Shown here: one piece after another, positions 1 through 14,666 of the stretch
How the letters are laid out: the number at the start of each line of letters is the position of its first letter
Numbering within the stretch: the first letter of the stretch is position 1
NCBI GenBank assembly: GCA_013265495.1
Contig: MU058337.1
Span: forward strand, 6,058,716-6,122,715
Length of the DNA: 64,000 nucleotides
Direction: 5' to 3'
From: Vicugna vicugna
Lineage: Eukaryota
Translations under genes and position numbers: made by a program
Notes under the pieces: model-generated
Told to the model about the DNA's origin: nothing
Seen by the model: only the letters and a program-made list of their open reading frames with translations
Databases searched by the model: none

Positions 1-917
1 ATTCTCACCAACTACACCAGATTCCTCTTTCAGAGATTTCAGGGAGTGGGGAGGAAAGGAAAAGGAAAGAGAAAGAAACAGAAAGGGAGAAAGCAGAAGT
101 AACCATTTGAAAAACCAAATTACTTCTGGGTAGAAAAATGACAGAAAAGGCAACATTAATGATAATTATTCAATAGTTTTTTTTCATCCCCCTCTCCTCC
201 AAAAAAATGACATAAATCTCACTTGCTACCAAACCTGAAAGTATATAATACAAATGTGAATAGCCCCCTAAAATCTGCTCATACTAGGCAGATGTTCAAA
301 AAATACTTTCTAATCACCATGATGTTACCAATACATTAGCTTTTTAAAATTTTGTTTTAAAAGTTTCTTTTGACTTCTAAAACTACTAAGAATATGTTCT
401 AAATTTACAACAGAGTGCACTGCATGTAAAGGACATACAATAATTTCAAATTCAAAAGGAAATATATTTCATGCTATAAAATTATCAAAGTAGTTCACTA
501 CTTTTATGGACAAGCAAAGGGAAACAAATGCATACTGAGTAATACATAAACAGATGAAATTATGGCTACTTTCAAATATATTTGGTTCAACTCTTGGACC
601 ACATTCAGAATTACGCAGCCGAATGTTAGAAAATTTGGCCTAAAAGATAGAACCATGACTGTAATTTTAAAAAATACTGTAAAAAGAAAAAGACAATCTC
701 TTGTCAATGTTAAAGAAAATAAAAACCTTTCTATAAAAGGATCATCATCTTCAAAATATAAATAAGAAAGTTTTTCCTGCATAATTTCAATTTTTTCTAA
801 TCTAAAAGAGATTACTGCAGTAATCCCATTATGTTTTTGGTATCTGTTTACTTGTCAGTTTATTAAAACTCTAGTAACTGCAATTTTCATCAAAAGTATA
901 TTTTGGACAGAATCTCA

Positions 918-1037
<120 letters not shown>

Positions 1038-4000
1038 TCATTTGGATGCATGAACATGACAACTGACCACATGTTCAATAACACAGAAGACAATAACTTA
1101 TTTATTTAAAAGTTCCTTTCTTCAGTCAGGAAAGTAACACCATAGTAATGATCTTTTTTTTAGTGAGTGTGTGATCATTTTAAAAGAAAAAGATTATTTT
1201 ATCAATAAATATAATACTGTCCCCAATAATGAAATAAAAGCTAAGGGAAAAAAAAAGTAATTCAACAGTAGATTCCAAAAATGCAAGCAGATACAGTAAA
1301 AAAAAAAAAGATACAAGAAGCAACTTATATAGCACTACACAACTCATATAACACACACATACACACACATTCCCTCCCTCTCTTTCTCTCTCTCTTCCCC
1401 AAAATTGCTGTTTGCATGCATAACAAATTAAAATCCGTTTTTTCAAAAGTAATGATTTACAGCTCCTGGGGGTATTTTCATCTGAAAAAAAATCACAGGG
1501 AACCCCTGCAGCTTTATCAGTAAGACGTGACGTGATGTTTTGGGAGAAAAATCAAGCCATGGCTGTTGTATGATGGGCTGGAGCAGAAGACACAGAGATG
1601 GCTGCTATCAATGGAGAAGCTATCTCACTATTTCATTCAGTCAACAGGGAATGAAATGCCTTGACTAGGGAATATTATGAAAACACAAAGTCAGGACTGA
1701 GACAAAGGGCACTTTCAGATAAAGTTTTATAAGAGAAAATAAAATAACATTGTTAGTAAACAGGAGTATTTAGATTAGTTATTATAAAGTAAAACATTTG
1801 ACAGCATGATTCACCTATAATGATCTATCAAGAAAATCTGTGAAGTCTCTTTGTGTAGAGGTTTTCTGACAAGGTACAGATACTCATGTCTGAGACCACT
1901 TGTTTATAATCTTCTCTGAAGAAAGAGGAGGTCAGTAAATCCTTAAAGGACTCTTCCTGGCCTGTGATGCTCTGATGGCACTGAAGTTTCACTATAGGAT
2001 CTCAGAGGAAAAGGCAAGGCAGGGCCAAATGTCACAGACCTTTGACCCCTAAACTGCAAAACATCACTCTTAACTTCAACTTAGTTAAAATGGCACTTGC
2101 TCCCTAAGTGTTTCATAATTAATTCAATTTAAAAATCCTGATGTTGGTTATGTTTACATGGGATAGATTTACACAGAATAGCATTTTAAAATCAATGCTA
2201 AAGGCAGTAAGAACAAGAAAGATTAACATACTGTTTTCACATTAGGAGCCTTATAATCTAGGGAGAAAGAGTGGAAGTACTCAAAGAATTCTCTCATTGG
2301 GAATTCAGGTGAGAAAACAATCATAAGAGAAAAGGGATTAAGAAAAGCATATTACAGAAAGGACAGCTAATACGAGGCTATGAAGGATGGATATGAACAC
2401 TGTAGGCAGGAGCAACAGAAACAAAACAGAGGTGGGGAAGCCCGGGACAAGTCTAAAACAAGACTGGAACAGTTCAGTTGAAGGATAGAGCATCTGTAGG
2501 ATGGCAGAGGAAAAGAGAGCTGAGAACATAAATCGGGGGCAAATTAGGCTACACACTGCTGCGTGCTACAGATTCTGCTTGAGAGTAACAAGAACAGCCC
2601 TCGTCTCCTTCAGTGCTGTCGCCTCACAATGAATGTCACATACAGGAATCAGGTTGAAATCAATAAAGAAGAATTGGCTTGTTTTTGAGCAGTGAAGAAA
2701 CAGTATCTAAAAATAAGACGTGGCATGCCTGAGAAATCCTTTTTAGAACAACTTAAGGTCTTTTTTTTCACCCCCAAAGAAACATGTTATCGATTCGCCA
2801 TCAAAAACTGTTTATCAATGTAAACAAGAAACCACAAGAGGTATGAGATCCACATCCCAATCTCTACTGTTTTCAGTTCCTATGGAGGATTAGGCAAATT
2901 GTAGTTATTCTGATTCCAGTATTAATTTCATCTTAGTCATTTACTATGGATCCTGGACTCCATAGGGATTTGCGAAGCTCAAAATATGATTGGGAAATTG
3001 TCCTTGGTAACAAGGAACTAGATGGCAAAAGAAATCACATAAAATAATTTGTCAACCAGAAATTACTATATGTTCAGAAAAGATGAGAAACTGTTAGGCA
3101 ACAGGGCAATATATAATAAGACAATTATAATACAGTCCCTTCAAAAGAGGCATTGCAGCACTAGACTTGGGAATATGTATAACCCCAGAGATTCCCTAAC
3201 AAAAATCTAACAAGTCAAATATCAAACAAAAGGGAGAGAGGGAGATACTGGTAGAAGTGAGTGACATTATAGTCACTAACTCAATTGAATTTTTGAGCTA
3301 TAATTGGAAATAATACAAAGGTGAGGTAGGCTACTCATTTTCTTATGTCAAATAAGTCATTAAATTTCAGACAGTGCACATTTTTATGCTGTTATTATGC
3401 CACGGAGAAACGAGATCGAGCCATTTGAAAAGGAGGGAAAAGAATATTCCACACAGATGATGTTAAATGGTATCAAAAAGCCCTGCCCATCATCCCTACT
3501 TTCTTACTGTGTTTGTGGCTCTAATTAAGGTAAGTCAGGGGGTGCCAGGAAGTGGAAGAAAAAGGAAAATAGTCAGTCAAAAGTCAAAGTTCCCAGAAAA
3601 ATCAGAAACGATCTAGTTAACGGCTATCACTCCCCTTCACTTTACCCAGCCTGGGTATGAAATATCCACTAATGTTCTCTCACATTTTTTTTAATCCATT
3701 GGAGTACTTACTCCTCTGCTCAACTTTTGTCTATAACACATTTCTTTAATTTTATATTCTTCGGTTGACATACATTTTAAACAAATAAAAAAATTCTCCA
3801 AGGGTTTTAAAAGGACATGAATCTCCTGGTATGAAGATTGCTTAAAAAAAAAAAACTCAGGTCCTAGTGCCGTTCACAAGTCTGTCCTCACCTTTACCAT
3901 CCTCTTATTGGATGTCTGCTCCCCACCACCAGACCTCACCCTCCCAGACCCAGAGATATATGCTCCACTCCTGCTAACACTCCACCTTCAACATGCAGTC

Positions 4001-4261
4001 TCCACTCCTTATTTCCCTTCTGCACAATGTTTCCAAAAAGAAATCTACTAACCACTATACAAGAAACAAGTTAAATATTTAAGAAAGTATAGAAACTTAG
4101 TATTAGAAGTACTAAAACATTTCTGTTCCTACTTTTCTGTACTCAATCTTCAAGGGCAGGTTAAACTGCAAGACAAGTCTGGTTTCCTTTCCTTCCAGCA
4201 AACACTGTGCCTTACTTTCCACTATAAAGCAGCAATCCTCTTTCTAACTCCTCCATAAATT

Positions 4262-4419
4262 CTCCATTCATCAACTCAAAACTGTTCACTGAATAGATAC
4301 TATGTGCCAAACACTGATCTGGCTCCAGGGGATGCAAAGACGAACAATTCAGAAAATCATCTATTCTCATGGCACTTGCTATACCTACTATTCAGTGGAG
4401 AACTATACATAAACATGCA

Positions 4420-4452
<33 letters not shown>

Positions 4453-4920
4453 ATACGTAAAACACATAAAGTGGTGATGGTTGCTATAACAAAAACAACA
4501 GAGGGATGTGGCTCTGGGTGATTAGGGTTACTTTTCCTTGAAAGGGCTTCTCTGAGAAAAGTGATGATTAAACTGAGACTTAAATGACAAGCCAGAAGAA
4601 GTCCTCTGAAAATCAATGAAGGCAGAATATTCTCGGCAGGAGGAATAAGTGGAAATGTTATATAAGGGAGGGCACTGCCCTAACATAATCCTAATGTTTT
4701 AATGTCACTTTGGCTGCTCCACAAGGTATAAACTGAAAAAGGGTGAAGGTGGAAAGAAGGAGACCAATTAGGAAGCTTTTGCAGTGGTCCACGGGAGAGA
4801 CAGCTGTGACCTGGACTTGGCTGTAAAAATAAAGAGATAGAGAGACAGAGTTGAAGGTTGTTTTAGAGGTAGAGTCAACATGATGTGCTGATAATTCAGA
4901 TATCAGGAGAATAAAGGAAG
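4262..4920 (-). mobile_element. L2 LINE 3' fragment, interrupted by (TG)n
   Basis: cattcatcaac...actgaatagatactatgtgccaaacactg...ctcatggcactt is the reverse of the L2 3' end. It is followed by L2-like ggaagcttttgcagtggtcc. Confidence 0.6.
4426..4451. repeat. (TG)n microsatellite
   Basis: Pure TG run seen directly. Confidence 0.95.
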
Positions 4921-5799
4921 CCTCTAGGAGTGGAGGTGCTTTAGTTATAGATTCTAGATGGTATGGAACTCTTATAAAGTCTTTTATTTAAAAAAATCCG
5001 ATTTCTCCACTTTCATCTCCATGATATCACAACAGTTATACAAACTACCACCATCTCTTTAAAGGACTCCTATACTAGCCTCCTAACAGAAGTCCCCACA
5101 ACTACAGTCGGTTCCATCAAACTACACTTAGGTCAGTTAAATTCTTAAAAAAAAAATACACATGTGTGCACACACACAAAGATACACATGAGACCACCTC
5201 TCTCTCCTGCCTAAAACGTTAAGTGTTTACACTGATATATAAACCATGCATGTAAGAACCACAGATACAAATAAACAGAAATTATGAACTCACAGACAGG
5301 AAGTGTAAAACGTAGAGAAAAGTAGCCTAATATATACTTGTTGAATCAGAATACCACACAAGGCCATGCTAGATTTGCTCTAAGAAAGCTTAGAAAAAAA
5401 AAAAAACCCTAAAAGGTATTAATCTGAACATTAGTCAACTTATCTATCAAACAAAATGAACTTTAACATCTTTTAAATAGAAATGACAAAATCCAAATAC
5501 ACGATACAACATTCACGATTCTACAATTCAATAAAAAATTAAGAGACATGTTAATAGGCAAAATGTGATCCACAAAGAAGGAAAACAGTCAACAGAAATA
5601 AACCCAGAAATGAAGAACCTTAAAACAGCTATTACTATATGATTATAAATTATAGTTATTATAAATACTGTAAGTATCGGAAAGTAATTAAAGGAAAAAT
5701 GATCATGACAAGGAGAGAAATAGAAAATATTTAAAAATTAAAAAAATAGAAAATATTTAAAAATTAAAAATAGAATTTAGAGGCTTAAAAATCAAATGG

Positions 5800-7645
5800 C
5801 TAAAAGGAAAAAATGCATGTATAAAAAGAATTATACAATGACCAAGTGGGATTTATTCCAGGTGTGCAAAACGTTCAAAAACTAGTTAATCTACCTTCTC
5901 AACAGGCTAAAGAAGAAAAACCTTATGACCATATCAGCAGATACAGAAAAAGCATTTGACAAAATCTAACACCCAATGAGTTCGGCAAACTAGGAAGAGA
6001 AGGAAACTTCTTAGACTTCATAAAGAACATCTATAAAAAACCTACAGTTAACCTCATACTTAATGGTGCAGATCTAGATGTCCTTTCTTACCACTCCTAT
6101 TCAATATCCTACTACAGGTTCTAGCTTACGCAGTAAGATAAGGAAAAAGGCAAACAAATTGAGAAGAAACATTAGCGGGAAATATGACTGTCTATGAAGA
6201 AAATCTCAAAGAATTAACAACAATCACCACCAAAAAAAAATCTTCTAGAACTAATGTTCAGGAACAAGTTGCAGGATATAAGGTTAACACACAAAAGTTG
6301 ACTGCATTCCTGTAAACCTGCAATTAAAACTTGGAATTTGAAATTAAAAACACAATACCATTTACATTATAAGACCAAAAAAAATAGAACACTTTGGCAT
6401 AAATCTAACAAAATATGTATAGAATCCATATGAAGAAAACTTTAAAAGTCTGATGAATAAAATTAAGAAAGATCTAAATAAATGAAGAAAGATTCCATAT
6501 ATATGAATAGGAAGACTGAATATTGTTGTGACACCAATTCTCCCCAACTTGATCAATAGATTCAACGCAATCCCAACCAAAATCCCAACAAGCTATTTTG
6601 TGGATGTCAACAAACTGATTTTAACATTTATATTGAAAAGCAAAAAACCCATAATGGCCAATACAATATTAAAGGAGAATAACAAATTTGAAAAACTAAT
6701 ATTACCCCAACTTTAACACTTACTATAAAGCTACAGCGATGAAGTCAGCATGGTATTGGGAAAAGAACAAACAAATGAATCAATGGAATACCACAGAAAG
6801 CCTGGAAATAATCCCACACATAGTCAACTGATCTTTGACAAGACAGCAAAAGCAATTCAATGGAGAAAGGACAGTCTTCAACAAATGGTACTAGAAAAAC
6901 TGGACATCCTTTTCCAAAAAGGAATCTAGACACAGTCCTTATATATTTCAGAAGTTAACTCAAAGTGGATCGTAGCTCTAACTATACAATACTAAACAAT
7001 AAAATGTCTAGAAAATAAATAAGAGAATATGGATGACCTTTGATTTGGCAATGAGTTTTTACATACACCAAAAGCACAATCCATGAAAGAAAAACATTGA
7101 TAAATAAGACTTAATTAAAATTAAACACATCTGCTCTGCAAAAACACAACAGAATGCACACACAAGTCACAGACTAAGAGAAAATATCTGCAAAACACAT
7201 ACCTGATAAAGAACTTGTATCTAAAATATATAGACTCTTAAAATTCAACAATAATAACCCAATTTAACAAATGAGTAAAAAGTCTGGACATCTTAACAAA
7301 GAAGCTACACAGATGGCAAATAAGCATATGAAAAGATGCTCAACATCATATGTCATCAGGGAAATGCAAATTAAAAAAACAATGAGATACTACTATAAGC
7401 CTATTAGAATGGCTAATACCCAAAATACTGACACCACCAAATGCTATCAAAGATGCAGAGCAACAGGAACACTTACTCACTGATGGTGGGAATGTCAAGT
7501 GATCCCACCTATATATGACCCAGCAGTTGTAGTCTTAGGTATTTACTCAATTGAATTAAAAATTTACACCCATACAAAAACCTGCGCACAAATGTTTACA
7601 GCAGCTTCATCCATAATCGCCAAAAACCAGAAACAACCAAGATAT
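5800..7645 (+). mobile_element. Old L1 (L1MB/L1M-like) ORF2 RT/C-terminal region, decayed
   Basis: gaccaagtgggatttattccagg and gatacagaaaaagcatttgacaaaat (DxEKAFDK). ORFs 6528-6716 (LINRFNAIPTKIP) and 7271-7483 (MANKHMKRCSTS..IREMQIK) are L1 ORF2 remnants. Confidence 0.92.
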
Positions 7646-9889
7646 CATTAGTTTTATCATTATCAATTTAGTTTTGGTCTATCTTTGGGATAGCACACTT
7701 CAGTCTGAGATGATTCACATTTGCATCAATACTATCAGCAGTCTATAATTATCCAGTAACTAGAATGTGAACATCTTTGTGTTGCAATCCAATTATGAGT
7801 TATTCGTATCTCTACTACTACTGTAGATATACATAATCTCCTAAAGAGACACCTGGAGGTGATCCTTATTATCAATGACTTTTTCCCGCTGGAAAATGAA
7901 ACCACATCAAGTGGGCACAGGATATTTTGCCTACGATGGCCATACACACACATAAATACATAAATAACTATATAAACATATTTAGTTCAAGTAAGAATAA
8001 ACTAACATTATACACAGAAAGATAAAATCAAGCTGTGTTACAAGCTAAAGTAAACCAACACACGACATTTGTTCTGATATGACAAAGAAGGCAATTACAT
8101 TTTTTGAAAAACTGACCTTGTCTACCTGTTTCCCTCTACTCAAGCAAACAAAAAAATACTAGATCTCTAACTCTGATCCAGGGATCAGAAATCAAGCATG
8201 CTTCAGTGTAAAGACAGAGCAGACTAGGTTCACAAACAGAAAGTCTCCAAACAAAAACCAAAGGCTTATTTAATGTTTTACATTAATGTCTAAACATTAT
8301 GCAGAAACTTTTGCAATGAAGTAATAGAAAAGAGAAAAGGTACGCAAGAATGAACAACAATAATACAAAAAGAGAGGCAGTAGGAATAAATAGGACATGG
8401 TAAAATACAGAGAGAAAACCTGTGAAATTATGCTTAAATCCAAAATGTGTATATTGGAGTAATCAAGGAAAATGTAAGTACCCAACTGATGGTGGGGAAG
8501 AAAGAAGAAAAGGGACACAGAATACACGTTCCCATCCCCCAGAGACTATCATTCTAAACTCAAATGCCCACATTACTTCAATAATAGGAAAACAGCAAAA
8601 TAAAAACTTCAATCTTTAATGGATTTGCAAAGAATACTTTAACACCATTTTCTTCAACATAATTTTTCCTTAGGATTTCCTAATAAATATAGCAAATGTA
8701 TCTTCTACTGAGGACCAAATTGGAAAACAAATTAACAGGATATAAGATTGTGAAAAAGGTATCAATTGTAATATTTTTTCCAAAGGTTTTTTCAATATAT
8801 CTTTAGCCACAGAGTCATATACTACATGTGAAAAGTTTTCTAAGCAGCATGAAATAGAGGAAACAAAAGGTTTCAGGGATTAGCTAAGTATTTCTATTCC
8901 TCTTTACTATGAACAATTTGTTCTTCCATAAAAATAAAAAAAAAAAACCCAACAACTTTGTTTTAATGTTATACCATGTCAAAAGGAAGATGGGAAGAAT
9001 AGGCAAAGGAAAACAGCCACAGCAGAGAAGAAAAGATGACACAGTCCTTACCCGCTAGTCAGAGACAGAGGTCAAGGCATTCAGAAAACTAACATCAAGC
9101 AGAAACACACAGGAGAGCCTAACTTACAAAGAACAGAAGATACTGCCATCATAGATTAGTGTGAGGCAATAAGGTTGAGTAAAAGACACATATTTGAATC
9201 TAAGATTCCTAAATGCTTCCATTGGTCCTGCCTAATGAATCCAAGGACAGCCAGTAAGAATTGATGAGTTACAGTCATTAACAAGCATATACTAAATTTA
9301 CTTGACTAATCCTAGACTTTCTTTTTTATCTACTTGCTGAGAGTTCATCATAGTTTACTTAATATTCCTGTTCTTCCCCAGTATCTCCACTACAAAATTG
9401 GGGGTTAAGAGGGAAAAGCAAGAAAATTATTGTCAAATAGTGTGGGGGGAAAAAAAACTTCAACATGTGTGAGTACTTAATTCATTTCTGTACTTACATA
9501 TACATTTCTATCTGGAGTCATTCATTAAATTACCATTTGCTAAATAAATACTACGTAATGACTATTGTCTTAAGGACTAGAAATACAAAGGAAACTAACC
9601 CATGGTCAACAATAAAATATTAACCAAATAAACATAAAACAATCATTTGCAAAAACAGAATTTACTTAATGCAGGGAGTCCCACACTATTTTAAAAGAGC
9701 AACCCATCAAGATAATTCAATAAAAAGGGCAGGAGGATATTTCCATATCAAACTAAGTCCTGGGAATACTGCAGGACAGCAGTATACTTTATGAGATACT
9801 GCTCCAGTTTGATATTACTTTCTCCTTTCCTTTAAAAATTCTTCATAATTCAATCATTCAATCTTTCACTCTTCCTCTCAACAGAGTTA

Positions 9890-10163
9890 CCTGAGAAAAA
9901 TGTATATTCAACTGTTGCGTAGTGTTCCATATATGTATGTGTGTGTGTGCGTGTGTGTGTATATATATGTATATACATATATATGGTCTCATTGGTTTAG
10001 AGTATTGTTTAAGATCTCTACTTCCTTACTGAGCCTCTCTGTAGATGGTCTCATTATTTAAAGTGTACTACTGAAGTCCCCAACTATTATTGTAGAACCC
10101 TATATTTCTCCTTTCAATTCTGTCAATGTTTACTTCATATATTTTAGGTCTTTGTTGTTTGGT
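9890..10163 (-). mobile_element. L1 ORF2 5' (endonuclease-region) fragment with an inserted (TG)/(TA) repeat
   Basis: tgagaaaaatgtatattc...tgaagtccccaactattattgtag...tttctcctttcaattctgtcaatg is typical antisense L1 ORF2 sequence. Confidence 0.75.
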
Positions 10164-10370
10164 ACAGAAAGTAAATTGGTGTTTGCCAGGGGCTGGGAAA
10201 TAAGCACTGAATATTAATGGATAAAGAGTTCTTTGGGGGTGTAATGAAAATGTTCTGGAATTAGACAGTGGTGATGCCTCATTAATTCTATGAATATACT
10301 AAAAAAAACATTGAATTGTACACTTTGAAAGGCTGAATTTTATACTATTTAAACTCTATCTCATTTTTTA
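10164..10370 (+). mobile_element. L1MB-like 3' UTR end
   Basis: cagaaagtaaattggtgtttgccaggggctggga...gaaaatgttctggaattagacagtggtgatg...ttgaattgtacactttgaaa. Confidence 0.85.
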
Positions 10371-10399
10371 AAAATCCAATATTTAGTATAAAAATTTAG

Positions 10400-10825
10400 A
10401 ACAGATCATCTCCAAATTTGGTGGGGGTGAAGACTAACATGAGGGAACTTTCTAGAATGATAGTAATGTCCAATATCTTGGTGGAGTTTGGGGTTACACA
10501 GATTGGGTATGCATATATCAAAATCAGCAAGTACATACTTAAGACTTATTCAAGTTACTGCATACAAATTTTGCCTCAAAATAACCAAATTGTATACAAA
10601 CACTGAATTAAGTTAATGACACGTATGTTGAAGTGTTTAGTGGGATACATACTGATATCTGCAATGTACTTTGAAATACACCAAAATTAAGATTAACAAA
10701 TGGACAGATAAATGATAAACCAAATCTAGCAAAAGATAACAGTGGGTATATAAGTACACACTGTAAAATTCTTTCAGAATGCTGTATGATTGAAATTTTT
10801 CAAACTAATGCATTGAAGAAAAAGT
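10400..10825 (+). mobile_element. Old L1 (L1MC/ME-like) 3' end
   Basis: catgagggaactttctagaatgatagtaatgtc...ctgcaatgtactttgaaatacacc...gtgggtatataagtacacactgtaaaattctttc. Confidence 0.65.
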
Positions 10826-10899
10826 TAACAAACAAGAAAAATATCCAAAAGTCATGAGTACTATGCACAGAGTTAGAATACAGTTATAAAACAGAATCA

Positions 10900-11560
10900 C
10901 TGAGTGGTAATATTAGAATGTCTTCTCTTGGAGACATGACATTTAAGCCAAGATATAAAAGGCTACAAGGAGACATCTATGTGAAGATATTCCAGGTTTC
11001 CCTCCTCCCCTCCAAAAAATCTTATTTTAAAGGCCCTTAAGTTTTGTGTGTTCAAGAAAGCCAGTGTAACTGAAGTATGGCAAACGAGGAAAGGAGTAGT
11101 ATAGAATGAGACTGGGGAGAAAGGCAGGGGTCAAATGAATCGAGGTTGTAGTCAGGGTAAGGAATTTTGATTTTCTCTACATGCAAAGGGTGTAAAGAAG
11201 GGATGGGTGTGTCCTTATTATTTAGAGTTTTAAAAATCACACTGACTGCTATGTGAAGAATGGCTTTGAAGTGTTTAAGAAAAAAAGTAGAGAAACTATT
11301 ATCAGAGTCCCTGCAAGAACAATGGTAGTTTGGAGGAGAGTGTTGTTAGTCAAGATAGTGAGTAGTGAATATGGGAGATATTCTGAATGAAGAATTGACA
11401 GTATCAATTGACAGACTGACAATAGGATGACAGAGGAAAGGGCACCAGGAGAGATCTCGGGTTTTAGCTTTAGCCAGAGTGAATGGAGTGACATTTACTG
11501 AGATGTAGGAACTGTGGGAGAAGCAGGTTTGGAGTACGGTAGACCTGAGGACCAAAAAAT
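10900..11560 (-). mobile_element. L2 LINE fragment
   Basis: ttttaaaaatcacactgactgct, and gagtgacatttactgagatgtaggaactgtgggagaagcaggtttgg. Confidence 0.75.
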
Positions 11561-12069
11561 TTTACTTAAATTGGGCATGACTGGACTGTGATAAAAACAG
11601 GCAAAAGAAAAGAACCAGAATAATCTGGAAGCCATTAAAGGACAAGTTTTAGATTTACAAGTTCTTTCTCTTTTAAGAATAAATTTTGACTTGATTGTAT
11701 TAAGGACCTTTGATCCGGTAAAAAGATCAAACTTTAATGCAAATCCAGCTCACTGATTACTGTTGTCTATCTCTTGGGTTAAAGATAAACTGGGGATCAA
11801 TAGCCTTGTATCTCTAAACTGAAAGAGGTCAAAGGGAAAAAAATCAGGAGCGAGAATGAGGGTGACAAGGAAAACCAAAAACAAGTACACAGAAGTAACA
11901 TATTAAGTCTTAACTGTCTCTCAATCCGTCAACGATAAGAGGCTGTCTGATTCTTAAATTCCACATATAACATGCTTAAGTGCCTTATACTATTTCACAC
12001 AAAGTGGTAACTCAAATTTCAGCTCTCATCCCCTAATCCCATTAGGTTACCAAAGTATACTGAAAAATC

Positions 12070-12270
12070 CATGGCCTTTGGAGCTAAAAGAACCAAAATT
12101 TAAAGCAGCCCACCACTCAGTAGTTCTGTGACCTTGAGCAAATTACTTACCATTTCTAATCCTTAGTTTCTTAAACGTAAACGAAAATAATTAACCCAAG
12201 AATTAGCATTAGAAATAACACTCACAAAGTGCCTGCTACATGGAAAAAATGCTCCATAAACAAGAGCTAC
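12070..12270 (+). mobile_element. MIR SINE
   Basis: Core-like ctgtgaccttgagcaaattacttaccatttctaatccttagtttctt...aaagtgcctg. Confidence 0.7.
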
Positions 12271-14629
12271 TGTTATGCAAAAGGCACCTAATTCATCAAT
12301 GCTCAAAGCAGTAGTTTCTCCTTTGGCAGCACAGATCCCTGTTTCCAGAAAAGAAAGATGTGAGAGAGGAGGAAACCACAGAAAAGATGATCAATTTTAT
12401 TTTCACCATGTAACACAGAAGGAAGTAAAACAGAAATTTATGAATATGTGACCATCCACAACCTACAAATGGATACGTTAAAAGGTTTGACTATAATTCA
12501 GTTATAGGAACATACCTTCCCAGGGAATCAATGTTCAACTCAACGCTTAGACAAACTAACAAAAGCTCCTCAAAATCATTGCGTAGTTAAAATGTGATGT
12601 ATCTCAATAAAATTAGTAGAAAACAAAACTGATGACTCACCAAACAATAAAAAAAGATCAAGAAACTTTAAAATATGTAATTTCACCCCTTTTAGAAGCT
12701 GGCACTTGATGGTAAAGGTTTTATGGGAGGTTTCCGTAGTGATTCAGAAGGGGTTTTCAGGGAAATTCCAAAAGCTTTATAAAGCTGATGACCCTGGTTC
12801 TTTATTTTGTTTTATTTCACCTCAAATTTTATGACTTCCCTTTCTTTCAGCATAAGCAAAACACTTAGCACTCTTATACTTAACAGCCACGATTGTGTTA
12901 TTCATTCTCACAAATGAGAAGGAGCAACTGGGGAAGAATCAGAGGAAAGATAGGAAAGAGGAAGGATCATAAAGGATGTGCCTAAATATAAAGAAAAGAG
13001 CCTTAAATTGAATTAGGTACCCTCAGTAGTGTTTTTTAAAAAAAAAAAAGAAGAAGGGATTTAAGCACAGGATTAAAAAATTAAGGAAAAATTAAGGAAG
13101 GAAAGCCAAGTGATGAGGTCACAGAATATTTTTTTTAAAAAAAGTAGAAGACAAGATATGAAAGAGCAGCAAAGCAATCTGCCATTTATACAAAAGGAAT
13201 TCTCAAGAGCTGAGGATTCATAATTCAAATTGTGACACACTAAGCAATCAAGATTTTCTTCTAATCATTTTTATTTCTCTAAATTCCTCCGAATATTCTG
13301 TCCTTTTTATGTAGTTTCAATTGTGATAATAGTATTATTACATCCTATCATGTAGATAATAACAGTATCTAAACTAGAATTAGAAAGATGACTTCTGAAA
13401 TTTAAAAGTATACACCAGAATAAAATTATATTAGGAAAGTCTCAAAAGCTAGCAGGTATGTTACAGACTCTTAGGCTATGTGGAATGCCAGTGATTTCAA
13501 ACTATAGAGAGAAACTTCTGATTTTCTCAAAGACATAAACCACAAATCAGTTCCATGCAGCCCAACCTACTCAGCAACCTAGCAAATCCTCCTGTGAAGT
13601 GCTCACTTTTTTGAAACTGTTGATGAGTCTGAAGAAATGATTAATGAAGAGATGCTATAGTCAGATAAAACAAGATTTTCTAGGGCTCGGTCTTAAGTCC
13701 AGGACCTATATCATTCAAGTCAGCCAAAGCAAACTGCTCTCCAGATGAATAAAATAATCCTAAATAATCAATCTTAATGAGAAAACAAGACTTAAGAAAT
13801 GTTAATGTGGGATACTGAAAAGCTTGGCCCTCACACTGCAGGAATGCTTAAAATGCTGTGACTTCCCGACTACTGAGCATGGCCTAATTTCTCTCATATA
13901 CTTACAGATTTCTGTCAAATGTAAACAAATAGTAACTGATTAACAAAATTGTCAAGTTTTTTTAAAAGCATCACTAATCCATGATAACAGCATGCCCTCA
14001 TGCATTTTCTTAATCAGCATTTGCTGAAAATACAAGTTGCCAAGAATGCCAGGAATATTTTTGAAAGTCAGGAAGCACTGCCCCAGTACAATTATATATA
14101 AAACAGGCAAGCAAAACGGTCATTAAAATATCCTTCAGTTTATCTTTTACTCCAGTTTAGAATATTCTATTCTAATTTCTCACATTCTATTTTCTCTTTC
14201 CTAGCAAGATTATTAAGTTGATATTTAACATCTTAGAAAAAGGTAAAGGTAAAAACTTGAAAAGCCTTGTCAAATATGACATCTTCCTTATAATCGTATG
14301 TGTTCTTAACTTCAGTAAGTTATATTCAACTACATATGCATATAAACTTACATCTAATCTCAGGAACTCTTAAGACAATTCCTTCTTTTAATTAGCTAGT
14401 GATTTCATCTTACAAAAAAGCTATAATTTAGGTCAAATTACTCTTTAAAATTCACTTTAATAATAGAATATGGTAATTCAGCTGATAAGTTCTTCCAGAG
14501 GAACAAGTAATCAGAAGCCTGAAACCATTAAAATATTATTTGCTCTATGGGAATTACGAATTACATGTTTACTCAACCGTATCTGCTGAAAGTCACAGAA
14601 ACTCTACCAAAGGTAATTGAAGAACTTAC

Positions 14630-14666
14630 CAATTTCCCTTGCAATTCTGACAGCTTCATCTGCATC
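14630..14666 (-). CDS. PCCA: PCCA 37-bp coding exon (phase 0-1)
   Basis: Translates to DADEAVRIAREI(G), in frame after ...GVVK. Acceptor ...cctgctttttacag (ctg at 14667-69), donor G|gtaagt (acttac at 14624-29). Confidence 0.96.

Noticed and set aside
6362..7483. Several ORFs with protein-like text
   Set aside because: They are fragments or antisense readings of decayed L1 ORF2.
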